This document shows positions 15,757 through 26,086 of a DNA stretch of 40,026 nucleotides, in pieces. The stretch is from Candidatus Micrarchaeaceae archaeon (GTDB lineage Archaea > Micrarchaeota > Micrarchaeia > Micrarchaeales > CABMGC01). The DNA is taken from assembly GCA_038873795.1 (NCBI GenBank), contig JAVZDR010000003.1:1-40026 (forward strand), written 5' to 3'. The position numbers and the translations under genes are program-made. The notes beneath the pieces are model-generated. The model made no database searches, was not told the origin of the DNA, and saw only the letters and a program-made list of their open reading frames with translations. Position 1 is the first letter of the stretch, and every line of letters starts with the position of its first letter.

Positions 15757-18546
15757 ATGGAGAACATGCGCACTGCTAAGAAGGCTCCAGAAGTTGCACA
15801 GGGGGCGGCCAAGAACCCACTCAAGTTCGGCCAAAGGGCCAAAGTGAAAAAAAGTGCTCCTAAGGCAAAGATGACACCGCTCTCCATCTATTGGTTCAAG
15901 GACCTTGTTGGAGACTTTGTAAAGGGGCCAAATTTTTCTGATGCACTTGCCATTGTGTTTGCCATAACAAGCATATCATTTGCAATGCCATTCTATCCGC
16001 TGCCGCTGCTTGTTGCGCTGATTGTTGTTTTGTTTGTTCTGACGCTGCTCCATCCACTGGTAGGGCTCATGGGTCTGCTCTTCAGTTCGTTGCCCATATT
16101 TATATACCAGGCGCCGCTTCTTGCATGGGTCTTTATACTATTTATGAGCATCTCGCTCTTCGCTGGCTACAAGCATTATAGGACTATAACTTCGATATAT
16201 CTGCTTCTTGCACTTCCTTTGTCGTATCTTGGGTACTTCTTCGAAATACCCGCATTCGTACTTTCCGTGCTGAGGGTAGGGCTCAAAAGGGGGCTTGTGA
16301 TGGCCATTGTTGTCGTGCCGCTTGTTGTAGTGCTTTCTGGAATAACGAACATCTCAAACTCTGGGGGCATAGCATATAACCAGACACCAGCATATGCACA
16401 AATATCAAGCTATGGCATAGGAAGTATTTTGACACCAAGCAAGCCGATACAGAGCTTTTCAACAATCGGAGCAGCATGGTCTGCCGCCACCACGTCGTTT
16501 GTAAGCTTCAACACAACGAGCGAGCTGTATAAAGGGTTCGGCGCATTCTTTGTCCCATTGACATTCCAGACTCCTGAGATATTCATACAGCTTGTCGTCT
16601 GGATGCTCGTCGTATTCATGATGGTAAATTTTGCAATAAAGAGCAGGTCTAAATATATGGGGGCTGAGGCGAGCCTATTCAGCGTTATGATACCAATAGT
16701 CTATATTGCAGCATCGTATTTTTCCCATACAAGCATATCAATATACCCAGTGCTCAGCTTCATAGCGACTCCCATTGTGCTGCTCTTTATGGAGTTCAAC
16801 GACATACACGTAGTCCAGGCTCTTGAGGTAATGAAGAAGGACATTAGGGAAAAGTTTGGAGAGGCATTTGAGGACCTTAGCATGGGAACCACAGAGACCC
16901 TAAACGACGTAGCGGATTATGAAAACACAAAGCGGGAGCTTAAGCAGGCCCTCCTTGAGCCTATAGAGCACAGGGAACTGCAGGGCCTTTACAACGTAAA
17001 GCCAGCTAAGGGCATACTGCTTTTTGGGCCACCAGGAACCGGCAAGACTTATATTATGCGTGCCTTGGCCAATGAGGTGAGGGCGGGCTTCTACTACATA
17101 AAAATGTCATCGATTATATCGCCTTATCCAGGGGAAGGGTCTCAGACATTATCTAGGATATTTGCCACAGCAAAGAAGCATGCACCGTGCGTATTATTCC
17201 TTGATGAGATCGATGCGATAGCTTCAAGCAGGGAATTACAGGAAAGTGCAACAATAAAGGAGATGCTCTCTACGCTGCTCGTTGAAATGGATGGCTTTGA
17301 AAAAATAGAAGGAGTTGTCATAGTTGGCGCCACAAATATGCCACATGTGCTAGACCCAAGCGTGATGAGGCCCGGAAGATTTGATAAGATCATATACGTG
17401 CCACTGCCTGATTTGAAGGGAAGGATGGAGATATTCAAGTACTACCTAGAAAAACTTCCGATAAGCGATGACATCGACTACGCAAAGCTCGCCTCGATTT
17501 CAGACAGGTACAGCCCTGCTGATATAAAGAATGTCTGCGAGGAGACAGCCAGGAGGGTCTCTGAAGAAGCTATGAACAAGAACAAGGCAATAGAAATCAC
17601 AATGTCAGATGTAGTAGCTGTAATAAAGGTGACAAAGCCTTCTACCTCGCTGGCGCAGATAGAGGAGTACAATATCTTCCAGATGGACTATGAGCGGCGA
17701 ACATATGGTGAGAGCAGGGGCAAGGAGATCGCTGAGGTGAAGATGAGCGATGTTGTGGGTCTTGAGAGCGCAAAGAAGGCACTGTATGAAGCTGTGGAGA
17801 TACCCATACTGCACCCTGAATTGATAAAGAAGTATGACATAAGGAACATAAGGGGCATACTGCTTTTTGGGCCGCCAGGCTGCGGCAAGACAATGCTTAT
17901 GCGCGCGGTAGCAAGCGAGGTTGGTGATGTTCACATGCTAACACTATCAGGGGCAGAGATGAGCAGGGTTGGGGCAGAGAGGGCAATGCTCATGATAAAA
18001 CAGACTTTTGATAGGGCGAAGGAGAATGCCCCTTCAATAATATTTGTTGATGAGATAGACGCGGTTGTGCCTGCGAGGGATAAAGCTACGGAGCAGGGGC
18101 TTCAGCTTACTGGCGAGTTCCTTGAGGAGTTCGATGGGCTTAAGAATGATTATGGGATAGTTGTCGTTGGTGCAACTAACAGGCCCGACGTGCTCGATGC
18201 TGCATTGATCAGGGCTGGAAGGTTCGACAAGATGATCTACGTAAAGCCACCCGAGAAAGCGGAACGCGCAGAGATATTTGAACTGAATCTCAGGAACACC
18301 CCATACGACAAAAGCATTGATTTCAACAAGCTAGGCGAAATGACCCCAGGCTTTACAGGGGCAGACATCTCGAATGTCTGCAGGCAGGTGAAGATGGATG
18401 TTCTGGAGAGGAGCCTCCAGGGCGGCTCTGAGGAGTTAATAAAATTCGATGACATAGTAAAGGTCATACAGAATACAAGGCCCTCTGCTCCCCCACAGGC
18501 GATAAGCAGGTACTTGGCATTCTTGGCACTGTATGGGCAGCGCTGA
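15757..18546 (+). CDS. Polytopic membrane protein fused to tandem Cdc48/VCP-like AAA+ ATPase domains
   Basis: About residues 60-345 contain many hydrophobic helices. D1 has GPPGTGKT/LFLDEID/ATN...RPGRFD and D2 has GPPGCGKT/IFVDEID/ATNRP...RAGRFD. Confidence 0.9.
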   Translation: MENMRTAKKAPEVAQGAAKNPLKFGQRAKVKKSAPKAKMTPLSIYWFKDLVGDFVKGPNFSDALAIVFAITSISFAMPFYPLPLLVALIVVLFVLTLLHPLVGLMGLLFSSLPIFIYQAPLLAWVFILFMSISLFAGYKHYRTITSIYLLLALPLSYLGYFFEIPAFVLSVLRVGLKRGLVMAIVVVPLVVVLSGITNISNSGGIAYNQTPAYAQISSYGIGSILTPSKPIQSFSTIGAAWSAATTSFVSFNTTSELYKGFGAFFVPLTFQTPEIFIQLVVWMLVVFMMVNFAIKSRSKYMGAEASLFSVMIPIVYIAASYFSHTSISIYPVLSFIATPIVLLFMEFNDIHVVQALEVMKKDIREKFGEAFEDLSMGTTETLNDVADYENTKRELKQALLEPIEHRELQGLYNVKPAKGILLFGPPGTGKTYIMRALANEVRAGFYYIKMSSIISPYPGEGSQTLSRIFATAKKHAPCVLFLDEIDAIASSRELQESATIKEMLSTLLVEMDGFEKIEGVVIVGATNMPHVLDPSVMRPGRFDKIIYVPLPDLKGRMEIFKYYLEKLPISDDIDYAKLASISDRYSPADIKNVCEETARRVSEEAMNKNKAIEITMSDVVAVIKVTKPSTSLAQIEEYNIFQMDYERRTYGESRGKEIAEVKMSDVVGLESAKKALYEAVEIPILHPELIKKYDIRNIRGILLFGPPGCGKTMLMRAVASEVGDVHMLTLSGAEMSRVGAERAMLMIKQTFDRAKENAPSIIFVDEIDAVVPARDKATEQGLQLTGEFLEEFDGLKNDYGIVVVGATNRPDVLDAALIRAGRFDKMIYVKPPEKAERAEIFELNLRNTPYDKSIDFNKLGEMTPGFTGADISNVCRQVKMDVLERSLQGGSEELIKFDDIVKVIQNTRPSAPPQAISRYLAFLALYGQR

Positions 18547-18563
18547 AGGCCCATGCGCTGCGC

Positions 18564-19337
18564 CTAAATTCCTAATTTTTGCATCCTGGATCTGAATGTG
18601 CTGCTTGCAAGTATCCTTGAATAATCATCAGCATGAATCTCAAGCGAGATGTTGGTTTTTTTGACTGCCGCATATTCTATCTTTATGTAGTTTCCGGGAT
18701 GCAGTGACGAGGCATAATTGCTTGACATTCCCCACAGTACCAAAGGCAGCTCCATCGAGCCATCTGTTACTGTGCACCTTGCGACACCGCGCTGGCGTGA
18801 CTTAAGGTCCATGAAATAATGCACACTTCCTATGGAGAGCAGCTTTGCTATTATGTCTACGTTCCTCATGCCTGGGTCAAGCTTTGAAAAGTCGCTTATG
18901 CCCCCGAGCGCTGGTTTTATCTTGAAGAAAAACGTTGCTGAGGTGGTAGAAAATTCTGTGGAGCCCTGCCATTTTTTCACGGAGAGCGACTTTGCGAGTA
19001 TGCTGTCGCCCCTCTCAATCAGCATATTATCCACAAGGTCTGCATATTTCCTCCACAAGACGACGCGCGCTGGATTTTTATCAGAGCCAAGGAGCATCAG
19101 CCTGAAGTAGTTTTCGGCTTTGCCCACCTGCACGGCAGACTTATTAAGCACCTTTAGGACAGGTCCTTCTAGATCCACAATACTTCCTTCTGCCAAGTCG
19201 CCAGGAACGTTGGATGCGGATATTTTTCTTGCTGTTGGCTGGTTTTTTGCCTCTATTACAGACTTTGCCATCTCTTTATTTATGAGGCCGTAGTGCGCAT
19301 CAATTGCATTTTCTATCTCAGGCGTAGTTTCTTGCAT
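18564..19337 (-). CDS. Replication protein A-like OB-fold ssDNA-binding protein
   Basis: HYGLI N-terminal motif of archaeal RPA and two OB-like repeats (ARVVLW; VTDGSMELPLVLWG), with NVDIIAKLL. Confidence 0.75.
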   Translation of the reverse strand: MQETTPEIENAIDAHYGLINKEMAKSVIEAKNQPTARKISASNVPGDLAEGSIVDLEGPVLKVLNKSAVQVGKAENYFRLMLLGSDKNPARVVLWRKYADLVDNMLIERGDSILAKSLSVKKWQGSTEFSTTSATFFFKIKPALGGISDFSKLDPGMRNVDIIAKLLSIGSVHYFMDLKSRQRGVARCTVTDGSMELPLVLWGMSSNYASSLHPGNYIKIEYAAVKKTNISLEIHADDYSRILASSTFRSRMQKLGI

Positions 19338-19360
19338 AATAGGAATTGCGCAAAAAAAAC

Positions 19361-20740
19361 TTAAACACCTATCCTAGCAGCGTTGAGAAGAAATGAAGCC
19401 GCACCACTTGCTGAGTTTATTACTGGCACTGGGTATATGCCGAAAATTAGAACAGCTCCAAAGCATATGGCGACAGCGATCGCCGTGCTGCGGTCCATCT
19501 TGATTATACGAGCGTCTTTTTTGCCTGTGTAAACAGCTATGAGGACCTTCCCATAATAATAGACTGATATTACTGTGTTTATTATGCCTATGACTGCAAG
19601 CCATGCCATGTTTGATGATATGGCACTTGAAAAGAGCAGGAACTTGCCTATGAAACCTGATGTAAGCGGAATGCCTATGAAAGAAAGGAGGAAGAAAGAG
19701 AGAGCTATTGCTGCGAACCTGTTCTCATTTCCAAGACCTATGAAGTCGTTGATTGAGGTGCGCCCCCTGACTTCAAGCCATGAAACAACCGCCAAAACAC
19801 CTATGAATGCAAACATGTGCGAGAATATCTGGAAGGCAGAGGCTTCTATCCCAGTCTGGGAGGCCGCAGCTATGCCTATCAGTATGTACCCTGCCTGCGA
19901 GATCGATGAATATGCCATCAGTCTCTTCATCCTATCCTGTGAGAGCGCTGCGAGGTTGCCGAAGAACATGGTGGCCGCTGCAAGAATTGAAACAACAAAC
20001 GAAAATATTATTCCGTATGCTATGAATGCGAGGATGAGGACCTGCATCAGCGCCACGAAGCCAGCCTTTTTATTGATGCCGCCGAGCATTGCTGTTATGC
20101 TCGCATCTGCGCCCTGGTAAACGTCAGGGACCCAAAGATTGAAAGGGAATATAGACGCTTCAAAGCCTATCGAAGCTATGAAGAGTATGGATGCGAAGAT
20201 GAGGATGGAGCTCGCTGGATGGCTTGAGAGTGCTATGCTGCCTGTAGAGCCATAGAAGAGTACTACAGCAAACGAGAGCGTGGCGATGGAGATTGACGAC
20301 ATTATGAAAAGCTTTGTGGCGGCCTCGAGGCCCCTTCTATTGAGCAGCAATATGAAGACTGTCGGCAGGGATATGAGCTCAAGCCCTACCAGTATTGCTA
20401 AGAGTGAGTTGGCAAATGCTATAAGGTACATGCCAAGAAGCGTGAAGTTGCTGAGCAGGGCGAAGTCTTTGTAGTCGCCTGAGCCATAAACCAAAAGGTT
20501 TACCAACAGCATCGAGATGCTGAACAAGAGCATGAAAAATAGCGAAAACTGGTTCATCGAGACAATACCAAAGTATATGCCTGCCACGCCTGCTACGGTG
20601 AAGTAGCAGATCTCTGCAGAGATCACTGCTAGGATGAGGATGTTGAACGCTATCTGGTACTTGGCCTTAGTAAGCCTGAGGAGAGTGCCTCCGAATATGA
20701 GAATGAAGAGCGTGAGCAGGAAATATTGGAGAGGTATCAT
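19361..20740 (-). CDS. nuoN: Complex I-like antiporter subunit N
   Basis: EAATKLF, PFNLWVPDVYQGA, KRLMAYSSISQAGY and GIPLTSGFIGK. Last gene of the nuo operon. Confidence 0.92.
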   Translation of the reverse strand: MIPLQYFLLTLFILIFGGTLLRLTKAKYQIAFNILILAVISAEICYFTVAGVAGIYFGIVSMNQFSLFFMLLFSISMLLVNLLVYGSGDYKDFALLSNFTLLGMYLIAFANSLLAILVGLELISLPTVFILLLNRRGLEAATKLFIMSSISIATLSFAVVLFYGSTGSIALSSHPASSILIFASILFIASIGFEASIFPFNLWVPDVYQGADASITAMLGGINKKAGFVALMQVLILAFIAYGIIFSFVVSILAAATMFFGNLAALSQDRMKRLMAYSSISQAGYILIGIAAASQTGIEASAFQIFSHMFAFIGVLAVVSWLEVRGRTSINDFIGLGNENRFAAIALSFFLLSFIGIPLTSGFIGKFLLFSSAISSNMAWLAVIGIINTVISVYYYGKVLIAVYTGKKDARIIKMDRSTAIAVAICFGAVLIFGIYPVPVINSASGAASFLLNAARIGV

Positions 20741-22152
20741 ATCAATGCACCAATGTTACCAAGGAGTACCTGGGGGACTACGCCAAATATGATTATGAAT
20801 GCGGCCAGAATAAATACCGCTGCGTAGAGGCTGCGACTTGGATATAAAAGCACCCTTGCTGGCTGCTGCGAAGAGATGAAGGATCTGCCTATAAGCCAGA
20901 AGAGGTATGCACCATTGATTATGAGCATTGCCAATGGTGCAAGCCCAAGCAGCGAAAAGGCCTTGAACCCACCGAATGCTATAAGTATGTCATTTATGAA
21001 GCTTGACGTTAGGGGTAGGCCAACTGCAGCAAAGACCCCGAAAAGAGTTGCATAAGCCAGAATCGGCATGGCATCGACTATGCCGTGCAGCATCCTTATC
21101 ACGGTTGTCCCTATTGTTTTATCAACAGCATATGCTATAATGAAGAGCAGGGAGATTATCATCGCGTGGCTCAGCATGCCAAAGAGCGCGCCTGAAAAGC
21201 CATAGATGTTCATCTCTGCTATGCCGAAAGCCACAAAGCCCATCTCCGCTATGCTCAGATATGAGAACATCCTCTTAATCTCTTTCTGCACAAGTGCGAC
21301 AATTGCTGAATATATTATTGAGAGAATTATTATAGGGGCAAAGTAGAGGGCGTATTCTTTTGATACGGGCAGGATCATGAAAAGCAGGAGCATTCCATAG
21401 GCGCCGAACTTAGAAAGCACCCCAGCAAGAAGCATGCTCCCAGCAGGCGATGCCTCTGAGTATGCATCAGGCACCCATAGGTGGAATGGGAATATAGGTA
21501 TTTTGATCATGAACGCAATCATAAGCAGTATAAAGATTGCTGTCTGGGCAGTGGCGGGTATTGCAGATGCGCCGGCTGTTATGGCCGCGATGCTGAACGT
21601 ATGCACGGGCATGCTGAAATAGAGGAGGAGTATGCCGACAAGAAGCAAGCCACTTGAGAGTATCGAATATGAGAGGAATTTTATTGATGCATATCTTCTG
21701 TCATAGCCTCCGAAGTGGAAGATTATGAAGAATAAAGCAATTATGCTCACCTCCCAAAAAATGAAGAAGAGGAAGAGGTTTGATGACAAGAACAAGCCGA
21801 GAGTTGGCGCCTCTGTGACCAGGAAAAGCGCATTGTAGCTGCGCCTTTCTTCTTTTATGAAGAACTCGTTGGCGAATGAAGCGGCAAAGAAGACTATTGA
21901 TGTTAGCAGCACAAGGAAGACGGAAATTATGTTGAGCTCGAAGCCGAGCTGTATCGAAAATTGGGGAATGTAGCTGAACGATTCGGCTATGTTGCCTGAT
22001 GTTTTGAATAAGTAAAGGGAAAAAAGCGCAAGTGTTATTTCAATAAGCGTTGTGGCTATGGCTATTTTGCCGGAATGCCGCTCCCTGAAGAGGAAGAGCG
22101 AGGCTGCACCAAGCAGAGGTATAATGATCATCAAAAGCAAAACCGGTATCAT
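20737..22152 (-). CDS. nuoM: Complex I-like antiporter subunit M
   Basis: LFLFFIFWE, IKIPIFPFHLWVPDAY and LLAGVLSKFGAYG. Confidence 0.92.
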   Translation of the reverse strand: MIPVLLLMIIIPLLGAASLFLFRERHSGKIAIATTLIEITLALFSLYLFKTSGNIAESFSYIPQFSIQLGFELNIISVFLVLLTSIVFFAASFANEFFIKEERRSYNALFLVTEAPTLGLFLSSNLFLFFIFWEVSIIALFFIIFHFGGYDRRYASIKFLSYSILSSGLLLVGILLLYFSMPVHTFSIAAITAGASAIPATAQTAIFILLMIAFMIKIPIFPFHLWVPDAYSEASPAGSMLLAGVLSKFGAYGMLLLFMILPVSKEYALYFAPIIILSIIYSAIVALVQKEIKRMFSYLSIAEMGFVAFGIAEMNIYGFSGALFGMLSHAMIISLLFIIAYAVDKTIGTTVIRMLHGIVDAMPILAYATLFGVFAAVGLPLTSSFINDILIAFGGFKAFSLLGLAPLAMLIINGAYLFWLIGRSFISSQQPARVLLYPSRSLYAAVFILAAFIIIFGVVPQVLLGNIGALI

Positions 22153-23918
22153 CGCATCACTATGAAGAGCATGTAAATCATGAGCACAGCAAAGCCTGCC
22201 CAGAATATTAACATGTAGCTGCTAAGCTGCCCGTTCACAAGCCTCTTTGCACCGTTTCCGAAGATCAGGGTTGCATGGCCGAGCCAGTCGAAGAGGTCGT
22301 TTAGATAGTAGTCGAAGATGCTTACCCCCTCGCCTACAAAGTAGGCGAATCTGCAAAATAGGATGTAGAAGCTGTTCATCAAAACGCTGTTGTATACAAC
22401 CAAATGCAGTTTTTGTGCGTTGATCTTAAGGCTGCCCTTGAGGAAGGCAAGATATCCTATGTATGCTCCGGCTGCAACGAGCACTGTCTCAACCACGGCA
22501 CCAAAAACCGAGATGCCGCTTGACGCACTGGTTGAAACAGCCCTGAGTATGGGTAGGTATGCCAGCGAGGCCACGAGTGAAATAGCGGCAAGCACAAGCA
22601 TCGTGTATTTCATGCTCCTTGGAGTGCTGTCATAGTTAATCCCAATCTCAAAATTCTTCTCCCTTTTGCTTACTAGGTAGAACCACCTGAATATGAAGAA
22701 GCTCGTACCCATTGATATGAGCAGAATTATGATATAGGCAACAATGTTTGTTGAGAATGCAGCGCCTATGCCGAGGTTTGCGAAGAACATATCGAATGGG
22801 ACGAAGCCGGCAAGGGCAAGAACGCCGAAAAGCGTTGTAATATAAATCAGCCTGTTGTGCCTCAGCCCAGAAATCTCGTATATGTCTTCTTTGCCTGTCG
22901 CATCCATGGCTACGCCGCTGCTGAAGAAGAGGAGGGCCTTGTAAAATGACTGAGCGAAAAAGAAATACACTGCAGCTGCAAGGGCACCAATGCCTATAGT
23001 TGCAAGCATTATGCCAAGCTCAGCGACTGTCGAGTAGGCGGGGATGCGCTTTATATGCCTCTCCTGCATTGCATTAAGCACCGCTATAACAGCAGTGGCA
23101 ACGCCCACAGCCAAAAGAATGAGCATTGCGCTTTTTGAGCTGTAAAATATCGGAAAGAGCAGCATCGCTGCAAACACGCCGGCCTTGACCATCGTGGATG
23201 AATGGAGGAAAGCCGAAACGGGAACCGGCCCTTCCATTGCATCGGGAAGCCATTCATGGAACGGAAACTGCGCCGACTTGGTGAATATCGCTATTATCAA
23301 GAGGATGATTGCACTCATCGGTACGGGCACAGCTCCGCCGGCTGCTGAGGCTGCACCAATTATGCTTGAAAATTCTAGCGTGCCATAAGTATTCCAAAAT
23401 ATTGCCATTGAAGCGAGAAGGGCTATGTCGCCGATCAGGACTGTTGTTATAGCTTTCCTTGCAGCCGTTGTTGCTTTCTCCCTGCCATGCCAAAAGCCTA
23501 TGAGCAGGTAGCTTGTCACGCTTAGGAATTCCCAGGCTATGAAGAGAGTAACAAAGCTTCCTGAGACAGCAAAGACTAGCATTGCGACATAGAAAGCCAG
23601 CATTTCCTCATAGAACCTCTTCTGCTCGCTCGGCTTGCGCATGAATCCCGCAGAGTAGATGAAGATTAGCGGCGCTATTATCAGCACTATTGAGAGGAGT
23701 ATCATGTTCAGCAGACCTACGCTGATCGATATCTGGAAGGTCGCGCTGCCGACGCTGAACCACGCCATAGTATTGGTGCCGGAGCTGATGAAAGGCAAAA
23801 GCGCCAGGCTTATTATTGCGGCAATTATTGGCGGATATGCAACATTGCGCCAGTTGCGTATGAATGGTATTATGAGCATCGCAGCAATGGGCGCAACTAT
23901 TATCATTATGGGCAACAT
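22149..23918 (-). CDS. nuoL: Complex I-like antiporter subunit L
   Basis: SYLLIGFW and KSAQFPFHEWLPDAMEGPVPVSAFLHSSTMVKAG, with a C-terminal lateral helix region. Confidence 0.94.
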   Translation of the reverse strand: MLPIMIIVAPIAAMLIIPFIRNWRNVAYPPIIAAIISLALLPFISSGTNTMAWFSVGSATFQISISVGLLNMILLSIVLIIAPLIFIYSAGFMRKPSEQKRFYEEMLAFYVAMLVFAVSGSFVTLFIAWEFLSVTSYLLIGFWHGREKATTAARKAITTVLIGDIALLASMAIFWNTYGTLEFSSIIGAASAAGGAVPVPMSAIILLIIAIFTKSAQFPFHEWLPDAMEGPVPVSAFLHSSTMVKAGVFAAMLLFPIFYSSKSAMLILLAVGVATAVIAVLNAMQERHIKRIPAYSTVAELGIMLATIGIGALAAAVYFFFAQSFYKALLFFSSGVAMDATGKEDIYEISGLRHNRLIYITTLFGVLALAGFVPFDMFFANLGIGAAFSTNIVAYIIILLISMGTSFFIFRWFYLVSKREKNFEIGINYDSTPRSMKYTMLVLAAISLVASLAYLPILRAVSTSASSGISVFGAVVETVLVAAGAYIGYLAFLKGSLKINAQKLHLVVYNSVLMNSFYILFCRFAYFVGEGVSIFDYYLNDLFDWLGHATLIFGNGAKRLVNGQLSSYMLIFWAGFAVLMIYMLFIVMR

Positions 23919-23919
23919 T

Positions 23920-24225
23920 CTACCACTTCATTGATGATAGCTTCCTTACATCGAAGTCCTGCAGCTTTGATTTCATGTGCATGTAAATGCCTACAAATGT
24001 TATAATCTCGGCCGCAGCGAGTGACCATATTATGATGAGCAGTATGGCTCCGCCTGATGTATTGGGTGTTGCTGCAAAGAAGGCTACCATGGCTATAGTA
24101 GATGCTACGAAGATCAATTCTATGCCAAGTATTATCTCTATGAAATGTTTGCTTGAAACGGCACCGGCTACACCTATCGAAAAGAGGGCAACTGCGAGCG
24201 CGATAGGGTATACCAATAGCATCAA
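23920..24225 (-). CDS. nuoK: Complex I-like subunit K
   Basis: Three TM helices, GIEL and AAAE motifs, operon position. Confidence 0.9.
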   Translation of the reverse strand: MMLLVYPIALAVALFSIGVAGAVSSKHFIEIILGIELIFVASTIAMVAFFAATPNTSGGAILLIIIWSLAAAEIITFVGIYMHMKSKLQDFDVRKLSSMKW

Positions 24226-24704
24226 ACCACAAGCCTAATGATCCTCTTTATCACAAGTATGCTTCCTATTGCAGTGCCGAAGAGCATTGCAACTACAAAA
24301 AACAGAATGAGGTACATGCTTGAAAAATCACTTGAAAACTCATTGGTGAAACTGTTGGCCTGTATACTTAATGCGGGCAGCTGGAGCAAAAAGATATACA
24401 TCAATATGCCCATGGCAAATGCCGCAGCCAAAAGCTTGGGAAGAGAGGCCATTTCGCTTTCCTTGTATTCGGCTGCAACAACTGTTATCAGGTATGCAGA
24501 TATGCCGCCGATGAAGACGAGAAGTTGAAGAAGGCCGAGAAGCGGCTGCCCCAGAAGCATGAATAGGAATGCGCTTGAGACGAAAACCAGAGATAGGTAT
24601 ATTATCGCGTAGAGGAGCTTCCTTGATACAAATATCATGATTGCTGAAATCACAGCAAGCGCAGAGATCAATGCAAAAAGCACAGCATCAAGCATTTTAA
24701 TCAC
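24222..24704 (-). CDS. nuoJ: Complex I-like subunit J
   Basis: Five TM helices, LQLLVFIGGI motif, operon position. Confidence 0.88.
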   Translation of the reverse strand: MIKMLDAVLFALISALAVISAIMIFVSRKLLYAIIYLSLVFVSSAFLFMLLGQPLLGLLQLLVFIGGISAYLITVVAAEYKESEMASLPKLLAAAFAMGILMYIFLLQLPALSIQANSFTNEFSSDFSSMYLILFFVVAMLFGTAIGSILVIKRIIRLVV

Positions 24705-25069
24705 CTAAGCTCTTCAGGCCTTTTTATCAGTTCTCGCCTATCAAAGACTACCAAATTGTCGTATTCCTTTGTAAGCGTGAGGCAATGAGGCGGGCAGACC
24801 TCTTCGCAGAGGCCGCAGAGCAGGCATCTCTCATGATTCACGAGTGGCATCTTCTTCGTGCCGCGCTCAGTTTCAACATCGACCATCGTTATAGTTTTAT
24901 TAGGGCATATCCTCTCGCATGCCGCACAGCTTATGCATGTGTGCATGTCCAACCTAAGCATTCCCCTATATGAATCTGGAAGGCTTTCCCTTTTTTCAGG
25001 GTATTCTGTGGTGAACCTTTCTTCTAATGCATTCTTCACGATCTTTTCCAGCGGGTCTAGCACCACCAA
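24701..25069 (-). CDS. nuoI: Complex I-like subunit I (2x4Fe-4S)
   Basis: TTEYPE, CISCAACERICP and CLLCGLCEEVCP. Confidence 0.93.
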   Translation of the reverse strand: MVVLDPLEKIVKNALEERFTTEYPEKRESLPDSYRGMLRLDMHTCISCAACERICPNKTITMVDVETERGTKKMPLVNHERCLLCGLCEEVCPPHCLTLTKEYDNLVVFDRRELIKRPEELR

Positions 25070-25075
25070 ACCACT

Positions 25076-26086
25076 TCATTTCACAAGCAGCAAAAATATT
25101 GCCGCTATATTAAGGATTGCTAGCGGGGATAGCCATATCCAGCCTATCCTGAGGATGCGGTCTATTCTCACCCTTGCTGTTGCAACCCTTACAAGTATCA
25201 CGAATAATGCTATGATGAAAACCTTAATAAAGAGCCATACTATCCCTGGCAGAGATGGGCCAAGCCAGCCGCCGAAAAAGAAGATTGCTATAAGCATGCT
25301 TCCAAGGAGCATCCTTGTATAGTCGATGAAAAGGCCGAGGCCATAGTATGGCGAGCTCACATCCGTAAGCCAGCCGGCTATCAGCTCTGAGTCGGCTTCC
25401 TTCACATCGAATGGTGGCCTCTCGAACTCAGCAAGCATTGCAATGAAGAAGACAAAAAGGCTTATCGGGGCGTAGATGAAAAAGTAGCCTGATTTCTGCA
25501 TGCTGACTATAGTCTGGAAATTGTAGCTGTTTGCAAGCAGTAGCACAGAAGCTACCGCCAGGAGCATGGGAAGCTCGTATGCTATCAGCACAAGAACAGA
25601 CCTTTGGGCGCTTATAGCGCCAAATTTGTTGCCGCTTGAAAAACCTGCAAGGAAGATGAATATCGGGAAAAATGATATGATAACAAAAATAAGAAGCACC
25701 CCGAGGCTGATGCTGGATGCGGCTATGCCTTGGGAAAATGGTATTATTGCAACAATAAAGATGAGCAGTGAAAGCATTATTGGTATGACTATGGGAAAGA
25801 GTCTGCTGTCTGCGTTGCTTGGCTGTATGTTTTCTTTGGCAAATAGTTTGAGCAGATCAGCAAGGTTCTGCAGTATGCCAAATTTGCCGAGATATGTGGG
25901 GCCGTGCCTTGACTGCACCTTTGCTACGACCTTCCTTTCCACCCAGCCGAAGATATAGTCAAAAATACCTATCAGTATGAAGATTGCTATGAAGTAAACA
26001 ACAAGCGCAATTATCTCTGCGGCTAGGCCTGAGCCGCTTATGTGAAGCACGCCAGAAACCATGCTTGTAAGTTTATCTATCAACAT
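25076..26086 (-). CDS. nuoH: Complex I-like subunit H
   Basis: ERKVVAKVQSRHGP, ADLLKLFAKE and ERPPFDVKEADSELIAG. Confidence 0.94.
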   Translation of the reverse strand: MLIDKLTSMVSGVLHISGSGLAAEIIALVVYFIAIFILIGIFDYIFGWVERKVVAKVQSRHGPTYLGKFGILQNLADLLKLFAKENIQPSNADSRLFPIVIPIMLSLLIFIVAIIPFSQGIAASSISLGVLLIFVIISFFPIFIFLAGFSSGNKFGAISAQRSVLVLIAYELPMLLAVASVLLLANSYNFQTIVSMQKSGYFFIYAPISLFVFFIAMLAEFERPPFDVKEADSELIAGWLTDVSSPYYGLGLFIDYTRMLLGSMLIAIFFFGGWLGPSLPGIVWLFIKVFIIALFVILVRVATARVRIDRILRIGWIWLSPLAILNIAAIFLLLVK

